The notes: generated from the letters alone by a model not told the origin. Positions 27,561 through 42,345 are shown, numbered from the stretch's first letter. The stretch is DNA of 64,000 nucleotides from Eledone cirrhosa (GCA_964016885.1 OZ024740.1:339450001-339514000), one strand, 5' to 3'. Program-made: numbers and translations.

Positions 27561-29159
27561 AACTGTACAGAAGTTTATTTCATGTATGTGTTTACAAATA
27601 GATGCACTCAAAATGGCTAACTAAATACACGTGTACTTTCCTTCTGTAAATTTTTTTCTGTTTTTCCTTTTCTTACTCTCGTCTATTATTCTATTTTTTT
27701 TTTTTTGTATTTCATTGTCTTCCAATAAAAGACTAAACTCCAAAATGACAAGACTTTTTCCTATTATATCAAGTGTTAAACTACTGTATATCATCTTTGT
27801 ACCATATTGTTCTCCTATGTTGTTTTTCCTTATTGACTTTTCAAAAAGGATAGAGAGGACTCTTCAGTCATGTCAAGGACAGAATAACCTCTCTAGTGCC
27901 ATAATAAAATGCACCCAGTAAACCAGTTGATGCTAGGAAGGGTATGACGAAATCTGATGGAGTCATAGGGCTGCCATTGTGACATACAACATTTCTTGGG
28001 CATTTAAATCTGGTGGACCTCATTTCTTGAAATGGTGAAAAGCAAAATTGACTTTGGCAGGGTTGGAAAGTGCAGAGGGCTGGGTCAAATACTGTAAAGC
28101 CATCTACTCAACATTTTAATAACCCTGCCACTTTGCCACTTTATTAAAGTCATAACATTTTATAATATCCTTGTCATATTATTAATTTCATATGCCATTA
28201 TCTTTATGTCATTGTCATAATATATTTGTCTTTATTTTGATTGGTCCATTCAAATCTTTGTGAAAGAGATAAAGATGGCAATATACAAATTACTGTTTGT
28301 GCTATTCATCTTAGTTAAGTTACGAACACCACCGTTTTATTGTAAAATCATTTTTATTCTATTTCATATCATTTTTGTTATGTTTCTTAAGTAATGAAGA
28401 CATTATATAAAGATTTTAATCATAGATGCAGCCTCTCTGTCTCATTAGACATTTTTGGGTATGATGTATAAACCTTAATTCTTTTTCTTTTTGAAAGTAA
28501 AATTTCAGTTTTCAGTCCATTATCATCATATTATTGTCATAATGCTGTTTTCATGATACCATTGTCATTATATCAATATCCTGCCTTATGATATCATTTC
28601 TCAAAATAGTATATAAATACTACAATTTATTTAAGCTAATCAAGTTTTGTTTATCTTCTTAAATTAACACTGGTGGTTGAAATATTTTTGAAATGAAACT
28701 GTTTGCAGTTACCATTGATATGATAATGATATTGGTGATGATGTGATTAATAAATGATCATAACTCATACCATATTGTAGCTTAGACATCCTGTATTCTA
28801 GTTAATTCTGCAGTCTTATCTACTTTCTAAGGTAGGGTTGCTACTACACCCCCCCCCCCAATGCTACTAATACTTTACAACCACTGACTCATAGTCCTGC
28901 TATTTATTCCATCTGTCTCTTTATACTATTCGATATTATCTAATTCTCTTATATTGTCATGTTAATTACTAACTGTAGAATTGTTTGGGGTCACAAGGGG
29001 CCCATACATATGCCTGTTTCCCATTTATCATAAAAAGGGGGCGAAAACAACTTTGTTAATAAACAACTTCTGAAGGGTGAAATATCCCTAGGATTGGATA
29101 TTGACTCCCTGAAAATTTGAATTATATTACTCTTCTGCTACTATTACTATGCCCTTATA

Positions 29160-29375
29160 GGGCAGTGGATTGGCAGTATCAGTAGAGCATCAGACACCTT
29201 GCTTCACGGAAGAGAGTTATGGCTCTTTACATTCTAAGTACAAATCCCACTGAGGTTAGCTTTGCCTTTCATCCTTATGGGTCAATAGAATAAAGCACCA
29301 GTAAGTACTGGTGTCGATTTAATTGTCTTTCCCCTTCGAATTGTTGGCCTTGTGCCTAAAGTAAAAACAACTGTT
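29160..29375 (+). mobile_element. Meta-type SINE
   Basis: Family match. Confidence 0.75.
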
Positions 29376-31332
29376 ACTATACCCTTTCCTGCTCTAAACA
29401 AGTAAATTGTATCTCACCTCTACTACCCGCGTTCCTCTCCTCTTCTTATCAATGCTACTCTTTCTCACCTCCACACCCTGCACTAGACCATTCCCCAATA
29501 CATTCATCCCTGAAGCCTTATACTTGCACTCCTCTGCAATTCTCCCCAGGCTCACATTTTACTCATGGACCAATTTCATCATTCTAATCCACTTTTCTAA
29601 AATAGCCAGATAGTGCAGCCTATACATTGATCTGGTGTCTGAAGACCCAAAGAGAACTTTTGGATATCTAATGCCATTCCCCACAAAAACGATATCTGAG
29701 TCCCTTTGAGTTTTTTGGATACTTATCAAAGAATATGTACCCAATGAAATGTTAAAGGATGAATATATTTTTCATCTGAGGTAATGGTGGGGATGGCGAT
29801 GGTGTATGTGTGTGTAGGGGTGGGGGGTCATATAAATATCCTGAAGCCATTTGTTGCTACAAAGACCCACACCCTCCCAAATAACGCTCTGTCATAGGCA
29901 TTATAGGCAAGCAATAACAAATACAATAACAAGAGTAACAACAACAAAACAACAACCATAATACTAATAAAAATAATACCTTGATCTTAGTGCCCCTTTG
30001 GTTTTTATTATTTTTGATTTTATATTACATTTTTTAATAATAAAAATGACGTAATAATGAATAATTGGCCCAGATTTGTGATATATGAATTCTATAATGT
30101 TATATGTCATCGGCCTGTAGATAAAGAAAATATATTTTCTAATAAAATATCATAGAACTAAAAAAAGAGGTGGGAGCAATTCAAAAGACTTATCTAAATA
30201 ATAAATGTGAAATATTGGAATATAATGATGTGTAGAATTTTTTTTTTTTTTTTAAGAATAAATTCCATTGAGAATGACATTTTTATGTTGTAATCTTTAA
30301 AAACTTGTTTATAATTTTTATTTTTACCTCATATTACGACTCTGTATAATGTTTTCAGTAGCTTGATAGCTAGCTAGAAAAAGTTTGTGCTTTTAGTTGA
30401 TAATGCAGAATTTATACAGAAATGGAAATTATACTGATGCCTATCTATCTAGCTGTAGCTGTTTGCAAGCACATACAATGGAAATAACTGCTCTTATCAG
30501 CATGTTAGTTATAAAACCCACTGACCACACAATATATTGCATGGTTATCTAGTTTCTTCATACCTGTGCAGAAAGATGAAAAAGAAAACAAGGATCACAA
30601 GAAAAGAAAATTAAAAAATGCGTGATAATAATAATAATAATAATAATGATAATATTATTATTAAAAAAAATAATAAAATATTATGATGGCAATGACAACA
30701 ACAACAATGATAATCAAAATAGTAAAATAAAATAATATAGCATTTAATAATAATAATAATGAAGAGGAGGATGATGATGATATTGACAGTTATTTTACAT
30801 AAATCTTCTCTACATGTAATCAAATGTGAAGGTTCTTTGAAAAGAATCTTGATAATGTTTCGTCTTTGTGGGTGCCCTGAAGTCAGGGGGATGAATATTC
30901 CAGGAACATCCAAGGCTTTTAAACATCAGTGAAGCAGTTGAAAGAAAGGAAAGAAAGAAGAGAAAAAATATCTGAAAGATAGAAAGAAAGTAAAAAGCCC
31001 TTTCAGTTTGATTCTGTTACTTTACATGGGAAAATGATGTCTGAGAAAATGAGATTTTTACATTATTTTTTAAAATATTTTTTCTGCTTTACTTTTCTTT
31101 CATATTTCCACAGAGCCATTCTTTACTAAGTACTTTACACATACACACAAACATATATATATATATATATATATATGTACTTATACACACTCCCTCTCTC
31201 TCTCTCTCTCTCTTTACTGCCTCTCTTCAGCTTTACATTCTCCCAATCAACATTTTACTCTCTCTATTATGTTTTCTTCACTTCATCAATTATTATTTAA
31301 CATTAGCTTCACCATCTACACACACACAAATA

Positions 31333-31364
<32 letters not shown>

Positions 31365-31419
31365 GTATGAGTGTGTGTGCGTGTGTGTGTATCATCCTTT
31401 TACATCAATTTTCTATTCC

Positions 31420-31780
31420 GGTATGGGTTGTGTAAGAGATGTGTGAAATGTGAGTGTATCTGAGATGTATGGGAGTATGTGTGCATGTGAGATGTGTGTG
31501 TATGTGTTTGAGAGAGAGAGAGAGAGCTGTGTGTGTGTATGAGAGATGTATGTGTGTGAGAGATGTGTGTGCATGTGTATGAGAGATGTATGTGTGTGAG
31601 AGATGTATGTGAATGAGAGATGTGTGAGATGAGAGTGTATCTGAGATGTATGTGAGTATGTGTGCATGTGAGATGTGTGTGTATGTGTGTTTGAGAGAGA
31701 GAGAGAGAGAGAGAGCTGTGTGTGTGTGTGTGTGTGTATGAGAGATGTATGTGTGTGAGAGATGTGTGTGTGTGCAGATG
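31420..31780. repeat. Compound (GT)/(GA) microsatellite block with internal duplication
   Basis: gtgtatctgagatgtatg..gagctgtgtg block occurs twice. Confidence 0.85.
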
Positions 31781-32210
31781 TACAGTAAATGAATTTCTGT
31801 CAGTTTCAACAATGAGAATTCCAGTAGTGCAATGAACTGATCTACTTACTCATTGAATGAAGGTGTAAGTGGCTGAGTACTCCACCGACACATCTACCCT
31901 TGGTGTACTTATCTGGCAGTATCATCATAACAGTCTGTGACAAGCTAGGTACATTGAATTACAGGTATATTCCATCCAGTAGATTGAACCTGGGACCTCC
32001 CGATTGTGAACTGAATGTTTAAATATTCAACCTTACCTGCAGACATATGTATGCATGAGTATGTGTGTGTGTCTATGTGTGTGTGTGTATATATACATAT
32101 ATATATATATCAGCTTACATTCATATATGCATATATATAATTTTTGATATATGTGTGAGTGAGTGAGTGTATGTATACAGATAATGTTGTGTGTATAAAT
32201 CTATATCCCA

Positions 32211-32295
<85 letters not shown>

Positions 32296-32969
32296 AGCGT
32301 ATATGCATATTTATGTAGACATTTTATTTTTTTCTTGTAGAAAAAGACATGATAAATAGCTTTTAATACCTGCATCTTTCATATATATATATATATATAT
32401 ATATTTCTATATATATATAATGAGAAGATACTATATATATATATATATAAACATTTCAGTTTTTCCTTTATCATGTCAGTATTAAATGTGAGTTCACTTT
32501 TGAAGACATTTTCATTATTTTCAACTTTGCTTGGTTAAGCAGAATGATCTAGCTATAAACCTCTGTTGATGCCATCATCAATATGGTTTCAGTTTGGGTT
32601 TTACTTGTTCAATTTAACATTCATGAAAAAAATTTTTTTTTTAAATGAAAAAAAATATGTGCATTCTTTTTTTTTTCCAAACCCATCTGTATTTTATTTA
32701 TTTTCCTTCTTATTTATTGCTTGAGAGACCATATGACTTCCAATCATTGTACATGTTTAGTTAGGAAATTGACTGAGTATGTTCGAATAAAGGATCTAGT
32801 TATTGTAGTGTGGAAAACCTCATATCATAAGACAGGTTTTCATCAGTGAAATTTCTTTAATTTCTTTAATCTCCCAATGTTTTTAAATTTCAAACAGTTT
32901 ATTCCCCAATTCTTTCTATCTACATCATATTTCCAATATTCTTATAAACTAATTAATACATTTCTGTTT

Positions 32970-33378
32970 ATTGTAGCTAGTTAGTATAATCATACATTCT
33001 GTATTAGCTAGTTAGTAAAGTTCTACTGTTACTCCTAGCTTGTTAGAACAGTCATATAGTCTGTATTAGGTAGATAGTATAGTCATGGCCTCTGTCCTTC
33101 TTAGTTAGTACAGTGTATGCTGTATCTTGCTAGTTTGTACAGTTCTAGTGTGTCCTAGTGAGTGCTGTGTGTCATACCAGTTAGTACAGTCCCATTGAGT
33201 GTCCTAGTTAGTGCAATGAATAGTATCTTACCAGTTAGTACTGTTCTATTGTGTGTCCTAGTGAGGGCAGTGTGTAGTGTGTCATACCAGTTAGTATAGT
33301 CCTGCTGTTTGTCTTAGCTAGTTAATACACTCTTTTTATTTGTTCTTCTTAGTTAGTACATCTGTAATTAGTACAGAA
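32970..33378. repeat. Degenerate minisatellite (mostly 27-31-bp period) with GTTAGTA core
   Basis: About 14 phased units; exact GTTAGTA at 32980, 33011, 33104, 33180, 33234, 33290 and 33352. Confidence 0.8.
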
Positions 33379-33809
33379 TTATAGTGTATATCTATCTCTA
33401 TATATATATTTATTTATATATATATAATTGGAACATACATTGAGAAACAAAATTTAATAAGAAACTATAAAGCAAAACTATTCAAATAGAGAAATAACAA
33501 GAGAGAGAGGGGGTGAGTAAAAGGGTGAATGGGTAAGCCAATGAATTATGTTTTATTTCCAAATTACAGGTGCTATCCATTCAACAGACTTTTGTAGTTT
33601 CTGTGTACCCAGTTTCAAGAGTTTGTCACTTTACATCTTCATCATTACTCTAATTCTGCTTTCTATACTGGTATGGATTTGCTAGTCATTATGGCTCATG
33701 TCTGTTCCTATTTAAAGTTACTGCCCCCTAGAAAGGTTGAAGGACCACATTTCACTTGTACCTTCCATATTTTGGCATGAGGTTTATAGTTCAATATCGT
33801 TCCTAGCAT

Positions 33810-34095
33810 TAAACAATTACAGAGTGTACAGGGTGCATTTTATTGAAGCACAAGCATTAGAGTGATTGTCATTTCTTTGATAAAACTAAAGAGCTCCTGC
33901 TAACCTTCAGCCTTTTTGTTCAATCAACCATTTTACAGTGTACCAGTGCAGTGTACCAATACTAGAGAAGTTGTCATGTCTTTAATAAGACTAAAGAGCC
34001 CTCTTTAACCTATGGTATCATTGTTTGATCAACTCTTTTTCAGAGTGCACTGGTTATATGTTATTTGAGATACCAACACTAAAGTGATTGTAATT
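33810..34095. repeat. About 2.5 degenerate ~105-bp tandem units
   Basis: ttgtcat.tcttt.ataa.actaaagagc.c.....taacct recurs at ~33865 and ~33970. Confidence 0.6.
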
Positions 34096-36320
34096 CAATT
34101 TTCACAGCAGCTTTCATTTTAACTTTCATTAAGTTTGAGATGTCATGGTGTTTGAAGAATAAAATCTTTACAAACAGTTAAGTCCAGTAAAAGTTTTCTT
34201 CATAGAGGAGAAAGAAAACAATAGACACTAATAGTGAAAATAGCTTTAAATTTAAAGAACTTTCTTGTGATCAATGTTTTATTTATACATATTGATTTAC
34301 TTGATTATAAAAGAAGTTTAATTTAAGCAGAGGACTAACTCTATAGAAGGTTTCAGATATATTAATTTTGTCCCACTCAGAGACTCCTGCTATATTATTA
34401 ATATTTCCATTTCTAAGAAACTTATTAATATATTGCTTTAGCAGATGAGAAATGATTTCTTTCTTGTTTTTCTGTAAAGGAAGAAATACACAATTTCTAT
34501 TTCATAAAACATTAATTATTTTCCTTGTGTTTATTTATTTATTTATCTATTTATTAGCTATAAATATTAATTATTTACTTCACATGAGACCATAACAATC
34601 CTTCTATAACAAGTATCACCATACAAAGACAAATGACTTCTTTAACTAAGCTATGTAATATAAAGATATAACTTCTATTGCTGTATTTATAAAATGATAC
34701 TCTTCTTTGCAAAGGTACGTTGACACAAGTATCATTTAGTTTTGACTTATTTCAATAAACAAGACATCAATTTGACAAATTTAGTTGTATTTATTGTAAA
34801 GCTATGTTGAGTCATTTTCTCCAATGGAATTTTCTGTTATAAAAGAATTCTCAGGGAATCTATACATGAATTGTCTATTGAATTGTTTCATTCTTCTCTG
34901 TTTTGTCTAGTGTAAATATTTATAACAACTGTTCAGTTACTTCTAGCCTATGTTTTGATTCCCTATCTTAAACTATTGATTTCATTCCTTCCCTCCTTTC
35001 TTCCTTCCACTCCACAACACACCACCTCTCTTGTACCATGATAAATGTTTTGAATTGCTGTTCTTTTACTGCTCTTTACCTTAAATACTACACTAACAAA
35101 TATTCATGAATAATGGATATATTTCACTGTCTAGGGAGCACATGTTGATTTAGTGTGTTCTTGACTTTCATACTGTTCCATCCCATAGACCTTTGCCTAC
35201 ACTTCACCCACCCTCACATCCTCCAACACATCACTTTCCATATCTTTATTAATATCTCTCACATTTTTCACCACTTCCTTTTCTCTATCTTCTACCTTCC
35301 TGTAGTCAACTCCAACAGTTTCCTTTCACCATTATTCTCTTACTTTTCACCATCTTTTCCTTCCTTTCTTCATATCCTTTTCTTTTCGTTTCACTGCTGC
35401 TGCCGAAAAATAATATATCATCTATCATTGAAAAGTTCTGAATCAATATTTTCCTCATATTGGTCTTTCTAATTGACTAATCTACTGTACTGTTAACCAG
35501 TTGAGACCAGTCTGAAAAATGAAAAGGCCAATAAGAGGAGGTGTTTTATATTATTTATAAAATGTTGTATCCATTTTTCAGTAAGAACTAAGCTGGTTAA
35601 CAAACATGTCTGTTCTCCCAGTAGAAGATCATTTCGCAATGTGATACTTCTGACTCAATGAATAAATGGATGGTGTAAAAATCTGAATGGCAATCAGTTG
35701 CTTATAATTGATTGTGTATCTTTATATATGAATATATGTGTATGTATCTTTATATGGTATATGTAAATGTATGTCTGTATTCTTCCATATCATTCACATT
35801 TATGCATCTTTAATTACGCACACTCATATAATCATAATTTTATGTTCATTTTTTCCTCCTATAATGGCATGAATTGGACTGGTCGTTAAATACCCTATCA
35901 CTACTGTCTTCCTGTATGGGTTGTAGCAAAACATCTCACTCAGATACGTTCCATTTTGGCATTTTTTCTACAGCTAAATGCCCTTCCTAGTACCAACCAC
36001 TTTATAAAATGTACTAGGTCCATTATATAATGGTACCAACACTAGCAATATTTATCTGATCCTTGATGCAACTGAAGGGTTCTATATACCATATATATAT
36101 ATGGTATATATATATATATATATGATGCTTTTATTTAATAATGGTAATCTGGCATTATTACTTCTTGGTACAAAACAGGCCTGTCTAGACTTTAAGAATT
36201 GTGATTTACCATCATCCCATAAGTTCATTGCTTGCCATACCACTTTCCTTATGCCTTTTATATCTATGTCTATGAATAATGTTGGATACATTTGTCTCGA
36301 TAATATTATTAGATATATAT

Positions 36321-36512
36321 GCGGTGGATTGGCAGTATTGGTAGAGGGTCGGATGCCATGCTTTGACGTATAGAGTTACGGCCCTTGCCATTCTGAGTTC
36401 AAATCCTGCCAAGGTTAACTTTGCCTTTCATCCTTACGGGGTCGATAAAATAAAGTACCAGTAATGCACTGGGTATTTGCTGGCCTTGTGCCTAACGTAG
36501 AAACAATTATTA
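36321..36512 (+). mobile_element. Meta-type SINE, young
   Basis: Close match to 346-532 and 57375-57562; flanked by repeated attattagatatatat. Confidence 0.88.
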
Positions 36513-36630
36513 GATATATATGCACACTGTCCAGGTCTTTTTCACCAGGTCTTTTTCACCCAGATTACGGGGCAGTATGATCGATATTATTGTGTATTGA
36601 TCAAAATTATTCCTGCATTTGTGTGTACAC

Positions 36631-36667
<37 letters not shown>

Positions 36668-36883
36668 TATATACACGTACACTGGCCCTTTCTTATGTAT
36701 TTTATGACTTAAATGTTGTATATTTAGTTCTATGTATATGTTTTCTTTTGTTTGATTATGTATATGTTTTCTTTTGTCAGTCATTTCCATGACTGATGGC
36801 CACACAGCTTTTACTTTTCACTTGTTAATAATATTACAATATCACACGTGGTGCATGCATCTCACCTCTTTTGTTAAGTTGCC

Positions 36884-36955
<72 letters not shown>

Positions 36956-39255
36956 GTGTGTGTGTGTGTGCAAAACGTAAACAAAAAACAACTAAGCAAA
37001 CAATATATATATCATCATTCATCATCGATTAACGTCCATCTTCCACACTAGCATGGGTTATATATGTGTATACATATATATATAACAATTGGTCGTTTGG
37101 AAGCCTCAACAATGCAATATATGTGTGTGTGTGTGGATAGATAGACAGATAGATAAATAGACGTAAGCAGGGTTTGTTCTTCATAGCTATTAAAAGTCAA
37201 AGATGAGATATTTATGCAAGCTTATACTACAAAACCAATTTGTATAGTTCCAGTTGTTGGCAATTTAGCTATTTGTTGTTTTGTTGAAGCAGTTGGCATG
37301 TTTCCCATTTCACTATTGACCTTTTCTAACAGGAACTTAATGTCTTGCATATATTTTTCAGATCTTTGCTCTCAACATTGATATTTTCTTCGGATCAACT
37401 TTTCACTTTAAATGTTTTAGAAAATAACAAATCCATTGATAAATGGAGCCTTGGTATTGATTTTTGTGTGCAGAATATGTTACATTATATGTATCTATTT
37501 ATTACTGTAATTGTTGTTGTTACTGCTGTGGTTGTTTAGAGTGCACGTAGCACTAATATATGCAATTGTAGAACAAATCATGCCGATGACTTTGAAAGGG
37601 CAAGCACTGAGGGATCAAACAAGATTGTAATCTCTGTGGTGGTCAGAATAATTATATTCTGGCAACTGATATAGTGCTAAAGGTTTTCTACACTACTTTG
37701 GGACTAACCATCATGGCAAAATTGAGAGATGAGTGTTAATGTCTTGGTAGCCCTGAATTCCTATGTAAAAATGTCAAATTTTGTGGCCTAATCTAGAGCC
37801 TCCTGATCACTGTGAGGTCACACTAGTTGGACATAATTACTAGGTAGTGAATAGGTAGAGTCATTACAGAATAGAATAAAATGCCTTATAGCATTTGTTC
37901 CAGCTCTCTGCACTATGTGTTCAAATCCTCCTGAAGTCAAATTTTCCTGTCATCGAAGTTGAGAAAATAAAGTACCAGTTCCAGTCACTAATCCTCTATA
38001 TAATATTAGTGTGGAAATTCCAGATTGCATTGCTTGGCATGTTGAGAACTGTGACCACCTGATGACATTTCAATTGCCAGGTGTCCAATATTGATATATT
38101 TTTAACCCTAGACTGCAACTTTTGTTAATGAGTTAAACTGGGGGAGAGCAATCTTTGCAGATATCATCCGAAAATGATAATCCAATATAATAATACATAT
38201 TATATATCAGTAGGTATATACTCTCAGGTCTTGAAAAATCATCGTCCTTCTTCCACTTATTAATTGTTTGTATTTTTTCCAACACCCCACTTTTATTCCA
38301 ATTCCCCACTCATTAAATTTTGCTAAACTAACTCCTGCAAAATTTTATTTTAAGTGGTAGCATTCAGGCAGCAATTAATTTTTTTCATACATTAAAAAAC
38401 ATTATTCATGACAAAAAAAGTACATTACTAGAATTCCCATACGTTATAAAATAAATAGGATGGGTTGGGGTCTCAATATGTAAACTAAACAAACCAGCAT
38501 TATATGAACTGAATGTATTGCTGAAACAACAGTCACACTTCTTTTGTATTAAATTCTATATATTTTCAGTAAATGTAAGTAATATATATACCAATGCATA
38601 TTAATACAATATTAGTCTCTAATTTCCTAATGTATCTTTAGAAGGATTCTAATGACCAGTTATCCATCTATCGAGGAAACCTTCTTTCTTTTCCATTTCA
38701 ATTCCCCCCATGTCAGGCCTTTAAACTCTATAGACTGTTGATATATATTAATTTGTGTATCTGGTTTAGAATAGGTACATCATATACTTGCATGTTGTAA
38801 GAAGTGACTAAAAGAATTAGTGTCAGGAAGAGCATCCTGCTGTAAAACTCTGCTTCAAAAGTTCCATTTAACCCATACCAACATGGATAAGTTGACATAA
38901 AAACAATGATGATGATATATGTGAATCACCATCAGTTTTGTGGGCCCACTGGTAATAATAAATAACAGGATTGTAATGAAATATTGCTGTGTGAACAAAG
39001 GATATTTGTAATACAGAACCATTACAGATAATAAGATAACAGAGAAATCTAACTCAAATAATCTCTGCTACTTATACTACTCTTGTTGTTGTTGTGGTTA
39101 TTTAATTCCAAGTCATGCCTCATTGAGTACAGACAATCCAGTCCTTACAGATATAGTTTGTCTCACTACAAGTAAATTTATCAAACTCATTTAGTAATTC
39201 TCCTATGAACAAACAATAGTTTATATTGTTATTATATTTATATTAGACTATATAC

Positions 39256-40021
39256 TGGTTTCTGATTTCGACACAAGGCCAACAATTTTTGGGAGATGGG
39301 GCAAGTCGACCAAATCAACCCCAGTACATCACTGGTAAGGATGAAAAGGAAAACTAACCTCAGTGGGATTTGAACTCAAAATGTAAAGAGACATAACACT
39401 ATGCCATAAAGCATGTTGTTCGACGCCCTACCAATACTGCCAATCCACCACCCTATCTACATAGAATATGTGTGGATGCAGCAAAGTTTGCCTCACAGTG
39501 ATGAGATTCTGGGCTCAATTCTCACAGTGTAGTATTTTGAGCATGTCTTTTGATCCAGGTATTGTGAGTGAAAGTTGGTGGATGGTAACTGTTTGGAATT
39601 CTCTCAGATGAACTGTGCCTGCAATTCAACAAAGAGTTAGCCTTGTCTCAATGTAAGTATGCATTCTGAATGACCATATGAAATAGGTTAATAGGTAAAT
39701 GTATCTGGAATACTCAAACACTCACACATTAATTTTAAGAGTAGGCATTCATCAAATAACTGGAACCCTCATTGTTGAAAATGATTCAGGTTTATTATTG
39801 AAGGGTGGTGGATTGGTAGTATTGGTAGAGTGTCAGACACCATACTTTACAGAACAGAATTATGGCCCTTTACGTTCAGAGTTCGAATCCCACTGAGGTT
39901 AGCTTTGCTTTTCATCATTACAGGATCGATAAAATAAAGGACCAGTAATGCACTGGAGTTGATTTAATTGACTTTCCCCTTCCCCTTTGCTGGCCTTGTG
40001 CCTATAGTAGAAATCATTATT
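39256..40021. mobile_element. Two Meta-type SINEs in opposite orientation (39256-39453 minus, 39802-40021 plus)
   Basis: Family matches on each strand, with a decayed SINE between them. Confidence 0.7.
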
Positions 40022-40054
40022 GTACATTGTCTAAATATGACCTATTTTAACCTT

Positions 40055-40242
40055 TCTGATAACAAATGGGAGAAAGACAGTCGTCCCCACATCGATCCAA
40101 TAGAGGGACCAGCAGTGCAAGTTGAAGGTAATATAATAAGTAAGGCAATCAAAGATATGAAGACAGGCAAGGCGGATGGGCCTTCGGAAATAAAAAAGCG
40201 TGGAAGATGGACGTTAAACGATGATGATGATGATGATGATGA
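40055..40242 (+). mobile_element. RTE internal segment fused directly to the RTE 3' tail
   Basis: NKWEKDSRPHIDPIEGPAVQVEGNIISKAIKDMKTGKADGPSEI followed at once by agcgtggaagatggacgttaaacgatgatg. Confidence 0.75.
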
Positions 40243-41433
40243 ACTCCACTGGACTGCCCCCGGTTTTATTATACAAAACTGCTGAGCTTATAGTGTTCAT
40301 AATTGTTAAAACCTTCCATCATAATGATAAGTAAGAATTTTTGTTAATATTCCAAAAAGCAGCTTACTCATGAAAAAGATTAGTTATTTCACTAAATTCC
40401 ATTAAATTTTGGATTATTTTCAAAATCAATTGAAACACATCAGCATCAGTAATATTTGTAATAAAATGTTTAAATTATGGTAGAGTGGGATTTGGTTGTT
40501 ACTTCTAGCAGGCTGCATGGATATGTAGGTGTTCCAGCTTTTGCTCATATGCTGAAGATATTGATAGGTGATGATGGCAAGTAAGAACATGGTTCTTAGT
40601 CAGATAACCATCCTAACTAAAGAAGAAAAAATTTTTGACAAAAACCAAGAAGAAAAAAAAACATGTCAGATACAAATATATATCTATTCCTCATTCCTCA
40701 CCATTCATTTTCCTAATTTGTTGGTGTTGCCATGCCAATCACTCCTAATTAAACATTGTTGCTAATTAGTCATTATTTCACATGCTAATTCCATCAGTCT
40801 TGTCTAAGAGAAACTTTAAGTTTATTTCCCATTGGTTGTAGGATGGGGCTTGTATAGCTAGAGAGGGAGGGAGAGATAGATAGAGCGGGAGAGAAGAGAA
40901 AATGGGTAATTTTCTTCTCATCTTCTTTGGTTCCATCTCTAAACTTTGACCTGATTTATGATTCTTGTGTATTTCCACATAAACAACCTTTGATCTTAAT
41001 TACATTAGCATTCTTTGGTTGGGATTTATAGATAGATGCTGGTTATGGTGGTTATTAGTTAGTACTTGACTCTGGCATCACACATACATGTACACACACA
41101 ACCACTAACACACACACATACACAATCACATTCACACTCATACATACTCTCTCTCTCTCACTCACACACTAATATGTTCACACACATATATATATACACA
41201 GACACATGCATACTCACATACACATTCAGAAAACATAAACATAGATATTGTTTATAACTTGAATTATACAGAATATAAAATTATAAAACGAATAATTTAA
41301 TTTTTATCTAATTATCTTTGTTTTATTTAAAATCTAGCTGACTGCTATAAATGTGTGTGTGTGTGTGTATTTATATATGTATATGAGTTTATATCTATAT
41401 AAATATGTGTATGTATGTATGTATTTATAGATT

Positions 41434-41491
<58 letters not shown>

Positions 41492-41856
41492 CACACACAC
41501 ATTCATATGTATATAAGTGTGTGTGTTTATTTATATGTATATAATCATCAATGTCATCATCATCGACACTAGCAAGAACTGGATGGTTCTTCAGAGGCGG
41601 AGTCAATACTTAAGCAGGCTACAGGCCCCACAGATGGGTTTGGGGGGCACATTTCACATACAATTCCACACTCTACTGAGGGCATTCTCTAATGATACCA
41701 GCACTAGGCAGGCCATAATGTTCTTGACACAACTGAAGTCTCCTCCCAACCCATTGTTTGGCATGCTTTATATGGCTAGATGCTCTTTCTATCAACAACT
41801 ATTTTATCAATATATAACTGTATTTATAGATGTGTGTGTATCTGTGTGTGTGTGCT

Positions 41857-41896
<40 letters not shown>

Positions 41897-41901
<5 letters not shown>

Positions 41902-42191
41902 TCATCATATTCATCATCACCGTTTTACGTCCGTTCTTCCACGCTAGCATGGTTGTCCTGTTATATATATATATATATATATATATACTGTAAACGTGGT
42001 TGGTGGTAGGAAGGGCATCCAGCCGTAGAAAACCCGCCAGACAGTCCTATACAAGCAAGACAACCAATCTTGCCTCAAGTGGGAAAATTCCCGTCCAAAC
42101 CCATGCAAGATGGACGTTAAACGATGATGATGATGATGATGATGATATACCCATGCTACCGTGGAAAATGGACGTTAAACGATGATGATGA

Positions 42192-42266
<75 letters not shown>

Positions 42267-42345
42267 TATATGGGTGTGTGCATATATATATATATATAAT
42301 CTTCATCATAGTTTAATGGCCATTTTTCATGCTAGCATGGGTTAT
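41897..42345. mobile_element. Cluster of four very short RTE 3'-end insertions within (TA)n
   Basis: Tail fragments at ~41897-41960 (minus), 41988-42145 (plus), 42150-42194 (plus) and 42300-42343 (minus). Confidence 0.75.

Noticed and set aside
27620-27840. Degenerate hammerhead in the repeat shared with 56470-56690
   Set aside because: The core motifs are too mutated to support a ribozyme call.
32970-33378. CRISPR-like repeat-spacer appearance
   Set aside because: The core is only ~7-10 bp, the spacers are mutually related, there are no cas genes, and the context is eukaryotic.
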